DNA from: an uncultured candidate division Zixibacteria bacterium
GTDB lineage: Bacteria > Zixibacteria > MSB-5A5 > GN15 > FEB-12
Length of the DNA stretch: 64,000 nt
Direction: 5' to 3'
Assembly (NCBI GenBank): GCA_963806185.1
Contig: CAWDXE010000001.1
Span: forward strand, 800,001-864,000
The translations under genes and the position numbers were made by a program. The notes below the pieces were generated by a model. It had not been told where the DNA came from and ran no database searches. It saw only the letters and a program-made list of their open reading frames with translations. The stretch's first letter is position 1, and each line of letters opens with the position of its first letter. Shown in pieces: positions 9,984 through 20,267 of the stretch.

Positions 9984-12482
9984 CTACAGTTCCATCGGGT
10001 CTATTCGCCGACCATCGGCGTCGCAACGGTAGACGTCGCGACGATGGTAGGCCAGAGCAATCGGTTCATGCCTCAAGCCATCGGCCAGAAACCCGATCAC
10101 CTCAGTCGGCCGGGTATAGCCACCCTCGCCCACACCCAATACCATCACCAGCCGCTCCCCGTCTTCGCGGATCTCATATATCGCCGGTCGAATGTCCACA
10201 ATCTTTTCGCCTTCTTTCCCAGCACGTGTCAATTCCAGCTTCGCCGATGCCGTGGCGGCAGCCACTGCACGACGCAGTTCTTCCCGATCCGACCATTCAT
10301 CGAGCGGCACGGTGTACTCAACCCGGTTCACCAACGCTGACAACGACGCATTCTGTCCCAGTACGGCGCGAGCATCAATCAGGGTCGTCCCATCAAACAT
10401 GTGCCGTCGAAGGTCATCGATCATATACGGCATCAGATTGGCCTCTAACGTAATATCGACATATTCGGCCTCCGAGGTGAACCCTAGCGGCAACGGGGGA
10501 CCAAATGACAACTTCATGGTCGGATTGAACCCCTGAGAATAGGCCACCGGAAGCTGGGACTTGCGAATCGTTCGCTCGATCAGTCTCAGGTTGTCCAAGT
10601 GGGACATGTACTTATACCGGTCCGATTTTCCCCACCGGATGCGTAAACGGTTCTTGGTTGGCGCCACCAGGTTCCGCGCCGGTACCTTCTTTTTGGACCT
10701 CCCGAATTGCCCGGCCACAGAATCATCTTCCGGTTCCACCACTGACTGCCTGGGGACATACTCGCGAAGTTGAAATGATTGGCGCTGACGCTCGTCACGG
10801 AGATGCTCGGCTGTCGGCCCCTTGTCAATGTGTTCCCAAGGCAGTGTCTGAGAAAACGGCATCGCCGCAAGATACTTTCGGTAATCGATCTGATGTTCCG
10901 CAAAGGCCTTATACCAGAGATCAACTTCGCTTTGCTCCTGCCAACCATCGAAACGACATCCGCTCCGGAAGGCCGTTTCGATCACCGGCGCCAGCTCCCG
11001 GCCGCCGCGCCCCAGTACACACGACAACTCAGAGAGCGGGAAATTGTGGAATTTGAAATGCACTTGATTGGCGCGGGTATGACGCTTGATGATCTTGATC
11101 CGCTCCGTCATCTCACCTTCCGGAATCATCTCATCCCACTGAAACGGCGTGTGGGCTTTGGGGATAAAGGGCGATAACGATACATTGACCGTCTTGGAAC
11201 CGGGTGACTCCTTCCCCATATTGGCAATCGTCGTACAAATCTGCCCGATCCCTTTGAGGTCCTCTTCCGTTTCACTCGGTAAGCCGAGCATGAAATACAA
11301 TTTTATCGTCTGCCAGCCGCGATCGAACGCCAGCTTGGCAGTGTCATACACAGCCTGGTCGGGAAAATCTTTGCGAATAAACAAGCGCAGCCGCTCCGTC
11401 CCAGCCTCCGGCGCCAGGGTCAATCCGCTCTTGCGCACCCGTTTGATGGCGTCGAGCAACGACGGTCCAATGCTCCCCGGCCGCATCGACGGCAAGTTCA
11501 CCGCTACTTTCTGCTGTTCGAGCCGACGCGACAGGCTGATCGCCAGTTCATCGATTTGCGGATAATCTGATGATGACAGCGACAATAGCGTCACATCGGA
11601 ATACCCGGTCTTACTGAGCTGCGTGATGACTTGATGCGCGATATCGGCTTGCGACCTCGCTCGCACCGGCTTGTAGATCGGTCCCGCCATGCAAAAGCGA
11701 CACCCCTGCGGACAGCCGCGCATGATCTCAACACTCAGATAATTGTGCACTGTCTCGATGAGTGGCACGATCGGCTGTGACGGATAGTAGTCCGGTTTCA
11801 ATTCGCTGCAAACGCGTGCCTTGATCTTCTCCGGCGCAAACAGACAAACCGGCTTGCGCTGTTCATCATAAAACGCCGGCACATATACCGATTCGACCCG
11901 GCGCACAATCGCTTCCAACTTGTCCCGCCTCGCTGCCCCTTTCATGCCATGCAGAATTTCAAGGATCTGCGGCAACCCTTCCTCCGCGTCGCCGATAAAG
12001 AAGAGGTCGACAAACGGCGCGATCGCTTCCGGATGATACGCCGCCGGCCCGCCCGCCATGATTAATGGTTCACCGTCGCCCCGTTCCGCCGATCGCAACG
12101 GAATGCCCGCAAGATCGAGCATGGCGAGCATGTTGGTGTACACTAACTCGGAGACAAGGGTGAAGCCGATCGCATCGAAATCTCTCGCCGAGCGCCCGGA
12201 CTCAAGGGCGTACAACGGGATCCCGGCCTTGCGCATCAGCGCTTCGGCGTCGGTATCGACCGCAAACACGCGCTCGCAAAGAAATCGATCGTCGCGATTA
12301 ACTATGTGGTAAAGAGTCTGAAGGCCGACATAGGCGTGGCCGATTTCGTATTTGTCGGGGTAGGCGTGCAGGTAACTGACCCGACTGGCCGGGTCTTTGA
12401 CAATCTGTCCCGGCTCACCGCCGGCGTACCGGCCCGGTTTGATCACAAAGGGCAGAAACTGTTTCTCGATCAATTTTCGCAT
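9984..12482 (-). CDS. B12-binding-type radical SAM protein fused to a C-terminal DUF2344-like domain
   Basis: KPGRYAGGE N-terminus, RGCPQGCRFC, APEAGTERLR; C-terminal SHLD...YSQGFNP..KLSFGPPLPLG. Confidence 0.88.
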   Translation of the reverse strand: MRKLIEKQFLPFVIKPGRYAGGEPGQIVKDPASRVSYLHAYPDKYEIGHAYVGLQTLYHIVNRDDRFLCERVFAVDTDAEALMRKAGIPLYALESGRSARDFDAIGFTLVSELVYTNMLAMLDLAGIPLRSAERGDGEPLIMAGGPAAYHPEAIAPFVDLFFIGDAEEGLPQILEILHGMKGAARRDKLEAIVRRVESVYVPAFYDEQRKPVCLFAPEKIKARVCSELKPDYYPSQPIVPLIETVHNYLSVEIMRGCPQGCRFCMAGPIYKPVRARSQADIAHQVITQLSKTGYSDVTLLSLSSSDYPQIDELAISLSRRLEQQKVAVNLPSMRPGSIGPSLLDAIKRVRKSGLTLAPEAGTERLRLFIRKDFPDQAVYDTAKLAFDRGWQTIKLYFMLGLPSETEEDLKGIGQICTTIANMGKESPGSKTVNVSLSPFIPKAHTPFQWDEMIPEGEMTERIKIIKRHTRANQVHFKFHNFPLSELSCVLGRGGRELAPVIETAFRSGCRFDGWQEQSEVDLWYKAFAEHQIDYRKYLAAMPFSQTLPWEHIDKGPTAEHLRDERQRQSFQLREYVPRQSVVEPEDDSVAGQFGRSKKKVPARNLVAPTKNRLRIRWGKSDRYKYMSHLDNLRLIERTIRKSQLPVAYSQGFNPTMKLSFGPPLPLGFTSEAEYVDITLEANLMPYMIDDLRRHMFDGTTLIDARAVLGQNASLSALVNRVEYTVPLDEWSDREELRRAVAAATASAKLELTRAGKEGEKIVDIRPAIYEIREDGERLVMVLGVGEGGYTRPTEVIGFLADGLRHEPIALAYHRRDVYRCDADGRRIDPMEL

Positions 12483-12581
12483 AAGAAAAGGTGCTGCGTG
12501 TGCTCACGCTCTCCATCCGCCGGAAGGATACGAAAGGGCTCGATGGGGAGCAAGAGGGATTTCGACGTGAGGGGAGGACAA

Positions 12582-12872
12582 GTAGGTCAAGCTCCCCGCA
12601 AGCCTGACTTAAGGGACCTTGTGCCGGGAGCGTAGCCCCCACATCGTCATCCTGAATAATTCTTCTGATTCAAGACCTCAGTGTCAGCCGCCTTCTCGAC
12701 CGTGTCATCGCGAGGCTCGCTTCGAGCCGTGGCGATCTCTCAGGGCGTTCTCTTCGATGGTCATTCAATCAATCGTCACCACGCAAAACTGACGACGTCG
12801 CGAAGCGTCACCCTGAGCGGAGTCGAAGGGTGAGTCTCTGGAAACGTAGGTCACGCTCCCCGCGATCCTGAC
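12582..12872 (+). repeat. Mosaic palindromic repeat cluster 2
   Basis: GTAGGTCA REPs at 12582 and 12846; GTCATCCTGAA-linker-GTCATCGCGAGG composite at 12645-12739; GTCACCCTGAGCGGAGTCGAAGGG near 12807. Confidence 0.85.
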
Positions 12873-12947
12873 GCAGGGACGTCGAATACTATACCATCAG
12901 ATTTCGCATAATCGGAGAATACCAGCAATAACAAAATCTGCGCTGAG

Positions 12948-13955
12948 CTACGTCAACGGCATATACGGCACGGCATTGGCCACCAGCTCGCCCGGGCCGT
13001 CCTTCTCGAAACGCCGGACTCCCGCCGCCGCGATCATAGCCGCATTGTCCGTGCACAACGCCATACTCGGACAAAACAGTCGCTTGCCGGCCGCTCTCGC
13101 CCGCTCCGCCATCAGCTTCCGCAGTCGGCTGTTCGCCGCTACCCCCCCGGAGATGGTGATATCGCGCAGCCTCCGATCAACTGCCGCGGCAATGGTCTTC
13201 TCGACCAGTGTTGTCGCGACCCTCTCCTGAAACGACGCAGCGATATCCGCCTTGTGCACCTCGAGCTCGTGCGCCGACAGCGTCTCCAGATAAAGAGCAA
13301 CCGCCGTCTTCAGTCCGGAGAAGGAGAACTCGTACGGATTGTCCGGTTCTTTCAACTTGGTCTTCGGGAACCGCACAAACATCGCATCACCAGCCTGTGC
13401 CAGCTTGTCGATCTGCGCGCCGCCGGGATAGCCCAGTCCCATGATCTTGGCCACCTTGTCGTACGCCTCACCGGCAGCATCGTCGCGCGTCTTGCCAAGT
13501 ATCGTGTAACTGCCGAACCCGTTCACTTCAACCAGCATCGTATGTCCGCCCGAGACAATCAGCGTCAGATGATGAGCTTCGAGCTCCCGATGTTCGAGCA
13601 TGTTGGCGGCCAGGTGTCCTTCGAGATGATTGACCGGCACAAACGGTATGCTCCGCGCAAACGCTAATCCTTTTGCAAACGTCAGCCCCACCAGCAGCGG
13701 ACCCACCAGTCCCGGCCCGGCCGTGGCCGCAATGAGATTGATGTCATCCAGCGTCACCCCGGCGTCTGCCAGTGCACTCTCATAGATCGGAATGATTGTC
13801 TTGATATGTTCGCGGCTGGCCATCTCCGGCACGACCCCGCCGAAACGAGTATGGATTGCCTGCGACAGAATGACGTTCGACAGCACCTCATGATGATCAC
13901 GAACAATCGCGACCGAGGTTTCGTCGCATGAGGTTTCAATACCGAGTGTCAGCAT
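12948..13955 (-). CDS. tsaD: tRNA t6A threonylcarbamoyltransferase
   Basis: GIETSCDET, HLEGH, SGGHT, DDAAGEAYDK, TDNAAMIA. Confidence 0.97.
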   Translation of the reverse strand: MLTLGIETSCDETSVAIVRDHHEVLSNVILSQAIHTRFGGVVPEMASREHIKTIIPIYESALADAGVTLDDINLIAATAGPGLVGPLLVGLTFAKGLAFARSIPFVPVNHLEGHLAANMLEHRELEAHHLTLIVSGGHTMLVEVNGFGSYTILGKTRDDAAGEAYDKVAKIMGLGYPGGAQIDKLAQAGDAMFVRFPKTKLKEPDNPYEFSFSGLKTAVALYLETLSAHELEVHKADIAASFQERVATTLVEKTIAAAVDRRLRDITISGGVAANSRLRKLMAERARAAGKRLFCPSMALCTDNAAMIAAAGVRRFEKDGPGELVANAVPYMPLT

Positions 13956-13956
13956 G

Positions 13957-14874
13957 TCAGGGGCGGATTACCTTGACCGAATCGACCGACGTCGCCTTCA
14001 CGCGGAAGCTGGGCGGGCAATCGACCGCCACGCGAGCGTATCCCGCGGGCGTGAGCGCCCGATAGTCGACCGATACGGTAAGATTATTGGCATTAAGCAG
14101 ATCGATGTCTTCCGGCGGACCGGTCAACTCCACGCGGATTACGTTCGGCTGGATGGTCACGGGCACGTTCGGCGGAGCGTGAAATACTGCCACCGGTAGA
14201 TTATTGTACACCCGCGTCTTGACCGGTACGATCTGCAGCGCCACCGCCACCGAATCAGGCTCGACGCGACAGCCGAAACGCTCCGGCTGTTTGATCGCCA
14301 ATCGAATCGTCACGTTGTTGCGCAAGCCCTTCAACTCTTTGTGCTCGGTAACCACGTACGGAATATCACCCATGGCTGAATGCGGCCCGATCAGGGTCGC
14401 ACGACTGGGGCTAATCTCCATTCGATGCGACACGGCGTACCCGTCATCGGCGACAGCGTCGACATCGACCGTCACCGGAACCCTCCCCCGCTCCAGGCCG
14501 TCAACGTTTAACTGGATCATCGTCGGCGACATGATCTCATCCAGCGTAACATTCCCGGTTGGGCCGATCAGGAAAGTATTGGCCGTCGAAAGACTCACCG
14601 TATGTATTCCCGCCTGATACTGGGTGGCATTGATGCGCAGTCCCCGGTTCCGCCATGATTGTCGGAGCAGTTGCTTGCCACTGGCCGAAACAGACACCAG
14701 GAGGGAGTCCGGCGGACGCTCCGCCAGAATCAGTTTCTCCTTCAGCGCTACTTCCGTGACCGGCAGTTTCAATTCATATGTGTACGGCTTCTCGGTGGCA
14801 ACATGCAGCCAGATCAGGCACCCGAGCACCAGGGCCAGGAGTTTTAACCAGAAGTTCTCAAACAACTTACGCAT
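13957..14874 (-). CDS. YbbR/CdaR-like protein
   Basis: NFWLKLLAL TM start; repeated P..V.L.GP YbbR-type domains. Confidence 0.8.
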   Translation of the reverse strand: MRKLFENFWLKLLALVLGCLIWLHVATEKPYTYELKLPVTEVALKEKLILAERPPDSLLVSVSASGKQLLRQSWRNRGLRINATQYQAGIHTVSLSTANTFLIGPTGNVTLDEIMSPTMIQLNVDGLERGRVPVTVDVDAVADDGYAVSHRMEISPSRATLIGPHSAMGDIPYVVTEHKELKGLRNNVTIRLAIKQPERFGCRVEPDSVAVALQIVPVKTRVYNNLPVAVFHAPPNVPVTIQPNVIRVELTGPPEDIDLLNANNLTVSVDYRALTPAGYARVAVDCPPSFRVKATSVDSVKVIRP

Positions 14875-14970
14875 GATGATCGCTATTTGTCAGTCCGGCA
14901 TTCCACGGCCTGTCCTCTGCCGACATAGTAATGCATCAACTAAGGGCAATCAACTGGTAAACTGGCCGGA

Positions 14971-16431
14971 TTAATCGATCCGATTCGGATTGTTCCACCA
15001 GAAGCGCGTGAGGCCGTGGTCGCTGCCGATCCACAGGTAGTCACCATCCAGCAGCAGGGTATAGACGGTGCTCGACGGTAGTCCGTCGTCGGTTGAGAAT
15101 TCCCGGCTGTGGTCTTGTTTATCCAGGAAAAAGATCGTCACACCCCGCTCCGTTGAGATGGCCGCTATGCGCTCATTTGCGGCGATAGGCCGCCTGACGT
15201 TCCGGCTCCAGATCGATCGATACGTCTGCATCGCCCCGGTCGTCACATCCACGCTGAGGAGTCCTCCGTCTGATCCCATCCAGAGCTGCGTGCCGGCGCT
15301 CGTGATATCGTATACATTGGAGAACAGGAAACCGGTCGGCGCCTGGAAACGAGACATCTCGCCGCTCCCCAGCGTTAGACGATAAGCGCCAATACTCGAA
15401 CCGATCCAAACATGCCCGTTTTCATATTCCAGATCATAAATGGCATGGTTGAAGAATACGCTGGGATAAACCTGCCCGATAGAGTCCTTGTCCATGCGTA
15501 TGACATTCAGGCCGCCGCCGGTCCCTACAAACAGCGAATCCCCGACAATCTTCAGCGACAGAATCTCATCGTCGACCAACTCTCTCCGTCCATACAGGTG
15601 TCGAAGCACGTGTTGCGTCTGCCGATCAAGGATGTACAAACCGTCCGTGGTGCCGGCATAGACTTTGACATCACTCACTGCCAACGCCGTGATATCGGCG
15701 CTGGGGAAATTGAGCGTCTGCCCCGATTCCATGTAACTGAAACTGTTGTTCGGTGGGTCAAACATCGTGATCCCCGTCCGCGGGCTGTTGGCCGCCAACC
15801 CCGACATCCAGAGTAGACTGTCGACTTTGACGAGGGTGTAAACGTTGTCGGATAATAGGCCGTAAGGAAGTAATTCCATCAGCCTGCTGCTGCTGTTCGC
15901 TTTGGCCGGACCGTACCCCCATGTCCCTATCCACAGATCTCCGGAATTGTCGTCAATGATCTCGCGAATAGAATATGTCCCGCCCCCCGGATCAGTGAGC
16001 TGTCCATTCCCCAGGTAGGTTCCCCCTATCGGAGGCATCAAGTCCTCCGGCGCTGGCACACGGGAAATCGGATTGTCTATCTGCGGCAATTCCGTGATGG
16101 GATACCATCGATCAAACGTCAGGTCGTATTCATAATAGCTGACCGTTGTCTGGACATACAACCGATCATCAAAGCGCTCCACCCAGATACGCTGAATACT
16201 CTCGCCATTCAGACCGTCGGCGCCGGTGAGCGGAAGTTCCCACCTGCGTTCCAGCTTGTTGTATCGGATAATGCCGTTCGTCGTGGCAAAATACACCTTG
16301 TTTACACTCGACGTCACCGATCGCACATAGTTGAAATCGGCCCAGGTGATCGCCTGGCCCGGCAATTGTTCCGCCGTCGCGGCGGCAGCCAGCAACAATC
16401 CTGCGATGACACACCGCACCAACGTTCTCAT
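14971..16431 (-). CDS. Secreted beta-propeller protein (two-component regulator propeller-like repeats)
   Basis: Signal peptide; repeated LWIG(T/S)..GL and GLPS..V motifs. Confidence 0.7.
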   Translation of the reverse strand: MRTLVRCVIAGLLLAAAATAEQLPGQAITWADFNYVRSVTSSVNKVYFATTNGIIRYNKLERRWELPLTGADGLNGESIQRIWVERFDDRLYVQTTVSYYEYDLTFDRWYPITELPQIDNPISRVPAPEDLMPPIGGTYLGNGQLTDPGGGTYSIREIIDDNSGDLWIGTWGYGPAKANSSSRLMELLPYGLLSDNVYTLVKVDSLLWMSGLAANSPRTGITMFDPPNNSFSYMESGQTLNFPSADITALAVSDVKVYAGTTDGLYILDRQTQHVLRHLYGRRELVDDEILSLKIVGDSLFVGTGGGLNVIRMDKDSIGQVYPSVFFNHAIYDLEYENGHVWIGSSIGAYRLTLGSGEMSRFQAPTGFLFSNVYDITSAGTQLWMGSDGGLLSVDVTTGAMQTYRSIWSRNVRRPIAANERIAAISTERGVTIFFLDKQDHSREFSTDDGLPSSTVYTLLLDGDYLWIGSDHGLTRFWWNNPNRID

Positions 16432-17633
16432 CGCGACCCCGCGTGCAATGCGTCTATCACCGCCGCCGCCAATAAAGCGCTTCCCACCGGCATCGCGGCC
16501 TCGTCGGCGATAAACTCCGGTGAATGCCACGGCTTGTCGGCTTTGATCTTCTTGTTCATAACACCAAGTCGAAACATGGCGCCGGGCACTTCTTCCAGAT
16601 AGCAGGCGAAGTCTTCCCCGCCCAGCACCTGGGGTGTCTCTTCGATCTTGCCCGCCCCGTACAGCGACTCGAAGTTCCGCGCCAGCAGCTTGTTGACCGA
16701 CGGATCATTCTTCAACACCGGATAATCGGCAATCTCCCGTATTTCGAATTTCGCCCCGCGCGCACGGCAAACCCCATCCACGGTACGACGGACAAGCTTC
16801 GGGATTCTCTTCTTTGCCGTGGCCGATAGTGTGCGCGCCGTTCCGACTATCGTTACCCGGTCGGCGACAATGTTGCGCGCCACTCCCCCTTCGATCTGCC
16901 CAAACGTAATCACGACCGGCGCGATGGGATCAACCTCCCGTGCCACCACTTTCTGCAGCGAGTCAATCACCTCGGCCGCCGTGGCAATTGCATCAACCGT
17001 CAGATGCGGCCGCGCTGCATGGCCGGCCTCGCCGCAAACAATCAGGTCGAAATCGTACACCGATGCCATTGTCGCCCCGTCCCTTAAACCGATCTTCCCC
17101 GTAGCCAGATGCGGATCGTTGTGCAGGCCGAAAATCATCTTCACACCCGCAAGCGCCCCGGCTTCGATCAGCGGCCGCGCCCCGCCCGGCGGCATTTCTT
17201 CGGCCGGCTGAAACAGGAAGCGCACCGTCCCATTTACCTGATCGCGAAGTTGAGCCAGAATTGCCGCCGCGCCAAGCACGGTCGCCATGTGGATGTCGTG
17301 CCCGCAGGCATGCATCTTCCCCTTTGTCTGCGACGCAAAGGGCACACCGCTCTTCTCGACAATGGGCAGAGCATCAATATCGGTCCGCACAGCCACCACG
17401 CCTCCATCGCTCTTCCCCTTGAGTTCGGCGATCAACCCGGTCGCCTGCGGAGCCTTTTGTGCTTTGAGGCCGAGTTGCCGAACTACGTCGGTCAGGAACG
17501 CGGTGGTTTTGAACTCTTCGTTGGAAAGCTCCGGGTTCTGGTGCAGATGCCGCCGCCAGTCGCGCTGCGTCTGCGCCAACGATACTGCGGCAGCCAGAAT
17601 GGCCGTATGGGTCGGATTCGACAGTGTCTTCAT
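16428..17633 (-). CDS. M20D amidohydrolase
   Basis: HQNPELS, RTDIDALP, MHACGHD, FQPAEE, EDFA, WHSPEF. Confidence 0.93.
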   Translation of the reverse strand: MKTLSNPTHTAILAAAVSLAQTQRDWRRHLHQNPELSNEEFKTTAFLTDVVRQLGLKAQKAPQATGLIAELKGKSDGGVVAVRTDIDALPIVEKSGVPFASQTKGKMHACGHDIHMATVLGAAAILAQLRDQVNGTVRFLFQPAEEMPPGGARPLIEAGALAGVKMIFGLHNDPHLATGKIGLRDGATMASVYDFDLIVCGEAGHAARPHLTVDAIATAAEVIDSLQKVVAREVDPIAPVVITFGQIEGGVARNIVADRVTIVGTARTLSATAKKRIPKLVRRTVDGVCRARGAKFEIREIADYPVLKNDPSVNKLLARNFESLYGAGKIEETPQVLGGEDFACYLEEVPGAMFRLGVMNKKIKADKPWHSPEFIADEAAMPVGSALLAAAVIDALHAGSR

Positions 17634-17838
17634 AAGTCCCTTGGGCTGAATAGCAGCAACAGTATACACTACTGGCACCGATTTAGGCAATGATGAGCTC
17701 TTTCGGATATGCCCGGTTACCGCCCCCCCTTTGGCCGGCCATTCGACCAACTAGACTCCGCCTGCATGTATACGCCTAATTCACCAGGCGATGAGCGGAA
17801 TTCAGCTTTCGGCGAGCTCGGAGTGGTCAATCCACGGC

Positions 17839-18258
17839 TCAGATATCCAGCAGCACCTGAACGCGACACTGGCCTGTCGGCGGCTGACTCACTTCAATCA
17901 GATGATATGACGCCGCCTTGACCTGGATGCCGTGACCGTGACGGCCCTTGTCAAACGGTTCGCCGCGGGCAGTGGCCCGCAGCCTGCTTTCAGACTCGAT
18001 GACCACTTCGAAGCGACCGAAAACCATCCGGTCAACTTCATGGCGAATGATCAATTCCGAAAGGAAATTGACCAGCAGGCTTTCGTGGTCGATGGCGTGT
18101 ACGTTGATGTCGATCTGCGATCGCTCTTCGATGATCGCTTTGCCGGTGATGATGTCGAACATGCCGACTGCCGCCCCGGCAAACGCCTCGGCCAGGGTAT
18201 CGCCGTAGGCGCGCACGATGACATCGGCCGTATGATCGATCAGCTCATAGCGGGGCAT
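17839..18258 (-). CDS. Archease
   Basis: DHTAD N-terminus, VKAASYH, C-terminal LDI. Confidence 0.92.
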   Translation of the reverse strand: MPRYELIDHTADVIVRAYGDTLAEAFAGAAVGMFDIITGKAIIEERSQIDINVHAIDHESLLVNFLSELIIRHEVDRMVFGRFEVVIESESRLRATARGEPFDKGRHGHGIQVKAASYHLIEVSQPPTGQCRVQVLLDI

Positions 18259-18263
18259 GGAGG

Positions 18264-19379
18264 CTACTTCTCGCGCTTCTTCTTCCCCAAAAACACCACG
18301 CTCCAGTTGAACTCTTTTCCGAACCGCGCGATCTTCCAGAACTCGTCCACCGGCATGCTGATCGAACGCGCCTTACGCTTGTCCTCGTAATACCCGACAT
18401 ACGGATCGTGAAAAAACAGATGATCGTCGGCGTACCCTGTCACCACCACCCAGTGCGGCGCCTTCTCCCGAAATAGTCGATAGTAGCTGATCAGCACGAT
18501 CGGCACCATGTCCGCATTCAGCGCGTTGATCAGGTCGTCAAGAGTATACCGGTGATACTCGATTTCCGCCCCGGCCGCAATCGCCTGACGGCGCATCTCC
18601 TCATGTATGATCTTCACGATCTCCCGCTTGTCCGATCGCTTCACCTGCGTCAGAAACGGCACTCCCTCCTGGGCAATCACCGTGCGCACGGCGTACCCAC
18701 GGTTGCGCGCCGCCAGCGCCATGCCGGCCGAGTCACACCCCCCCAGCCCGGTGTTCATGAAAATCAACGTCGCGTCCTTCCAGATCATCAGTTCCAGCGC
18801 TCGATCCAGCTTCAGCTTCGGGTCAAGATATCCCATCGCCATCATCAAGCAGGCCGAACCACAGGTGAAGTCGGTCGTCTGCTCGAAGAAGGGCACATCC
18901 AGCATCACACTCGCCGCGTCCGATCGCCGGAGTTGCTTCCGCATCGACAGGGCATTGCACCCGTCTTCGTAATACCCCTCCAGCGTCCCCACCACCTGAT
19001 ACTTATGCTTCATATACAGGCTGATCGCCGTCTTGTTGTCGGCCCGCACCTCCAGCGCAATCAACTTACACCGGCGCACCAGCGCCGCCTGTTCGCACGT
19101 CTCGAGCAATACCCGCCCCAATCCCTGGCCGCGATGCGACGGATGTATCGCGATCGTGTAGAGACGCCCCATCGGCCCGTGCTCGCGCCAGAGCATCACC
19201 GCCGCACCCCTGAGATGGTCGCGTTCGCGAATGACAAACACCGACGCATTCGCGCGCGTCAACAGATATCGGTATTGATTGCGGGTAAATCGGTCGCTCG
19301 AGAAGGCGACCCCTTCAAGGTCCAGCAGAACGTCGAGATCGGCCAAGCTGGCGGTCTCCACCTGTGCCTGACGATCCAT
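18264..19379 (-). CDS. RimI-like GNAT fused to a C39-like (DUF3335-type) peptidase
   Basis: RGQGLG, LEVRADN..A..LY; QTTDFTCG (Cys), PHWVVVTG (His), HDPY (Asp). Confidence 0.88.
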   Translation of the reverse strand: MDRQAQVETASLADLDVLLDLEGVAFSSDRFTRNQYRYLLTRANASVFVIRERDHLRGAAVMLWREHGPMGRLYTIAIHPSHRGQGLGRVLLETCEQAALVRRCKLIALEVRADNKTAISLYMKHKYQVVGTLEGYYEDGCNALSMRKQLRRSDAASVMLDVPFFEQTTDFTCGSACLMMAMGYLDPKLKLDRALELMIWKDATLIFMNTGLGGCDSAGMALAARNRGYAVRTVIAQEGVPFLTQVKRSDKREIVKIIHEEMRRQAIAAGAEIEYHRYTLDDLINALNADMVPIVLISYYRLFREKAPHWVVVTGYADDHLFFHDPYVGYYEDKRKARSISMPVDEFWKIARFGKEFNWSVVFLGKKKREK

Positions 19380-19391
19380 AAGCCTTCCGTC

Positions 19392-20267
19392 CTATTCCAG
19401 CAGGAACCGCACCAGCTTCTCATAAATCTGCGGCGCGTTCTGATCTTCTTCCCCTGACCCGATCGTGGGGTTATCATTCACTTCGATAACGGTAAATTCG
19501 TCACCCACCTGCTTCAAGTCAACCCCATACAATCCGTACCCGATCGCCCGGGCTGCCTTGACCGCGGTCTCCAGAAGCAACGGGTCAACTTGATCCAGAT
19601 CATACCCCTTCACCGGCCCGTAGATTGTTCGTCCGTTCTCGGTGTAGGTCATGATCTTCCACCGCTTCTTCGGTATGCGGTACTGGCAGACATAGAACGG
19701 TTCGTTTCCCAGCACGCCGACGCGCCAGTCGAACTCCGACTGCACGAACTTCTGCGCCACCACTCGGTCGGCCCGGCGCAGGAATCGCTTGCCCACCCGG
19801 ACAAATTCCTGCGGCGAGTGTACCCGCTCAACATACATCGAAAACGAACTGTTCGGCGCCTTCATCACCAGGGGCGTCGAAAGCGTCTGCAGATAATGCT
19901 CTCCGAGCTCCAGCGTCAGATCCTTCTCTCCGAGGAACACCGTCTCCGGCATATTCACCTTGGCGTTGATCAGATGCCGGTACATGTTGATCTTGTCGCA
20001 GCAAATCACGATCGAATCCGGATCATCGATCACTCTCTTGCCGTGCATCTCGGCCAGCCGCGAGCAGACATACGACGTGTTCATCGGATCGGTCAACGCC
20101 CGGATGAAAATGGCGTCATATTCCGGCACCTTGTACAAGTCGGGACGGAACAGGAAGTCAACTCGGTGCCCCAGTTTGAGCGCCACCTGGCTCAACCGCA
20201 TCAGCGCGCCCATTTCCTCGGCCCGGCTGACGGTATACCGCTCGACAAAGACGCCTAAAGTTGCCAT
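19392..20267 (-). CDS. RimK-family ATP-grasp ligase
   Basis: FIRALT, VIDDP..I..CCDK, KAPNSSFS, QKF...FDWRVGVL, YGVDLK, IEVNDNP. Confidence 0.9.
   Translation of the reverse strand: MATLGVFVERYTVSRAEEMGALMRLSQVALKLGHRVDFLFRPDLYKVPEYDAIFIRALTDPMNTSYVCSRLAEMHGKRVIDDPDSIVICCDKINMYRHLINAKVNMPETVFLGEKDLTLELGEHYLQTLSTPLVMKAPNSSFSMYVERVHSPQEFVRVGKRFLRRADRVVAQKFVQSEFDWRVGVLGNEPFYVCQYRIPKKRWKIMTYTENGRTIYGPVKGYDLDQVDPLLLETAVKAARAIGYGLYGVDLKQVGDEFTVIEVNDNPTIGSGEEDQNAPQIYEKLVRFLLE

Noticed and set aside
12930..12951. tsaD stop (and the kinase stop at 62293) as further REP-derived stops
   Set aside because: GTAG is present but no palindrome follows directly
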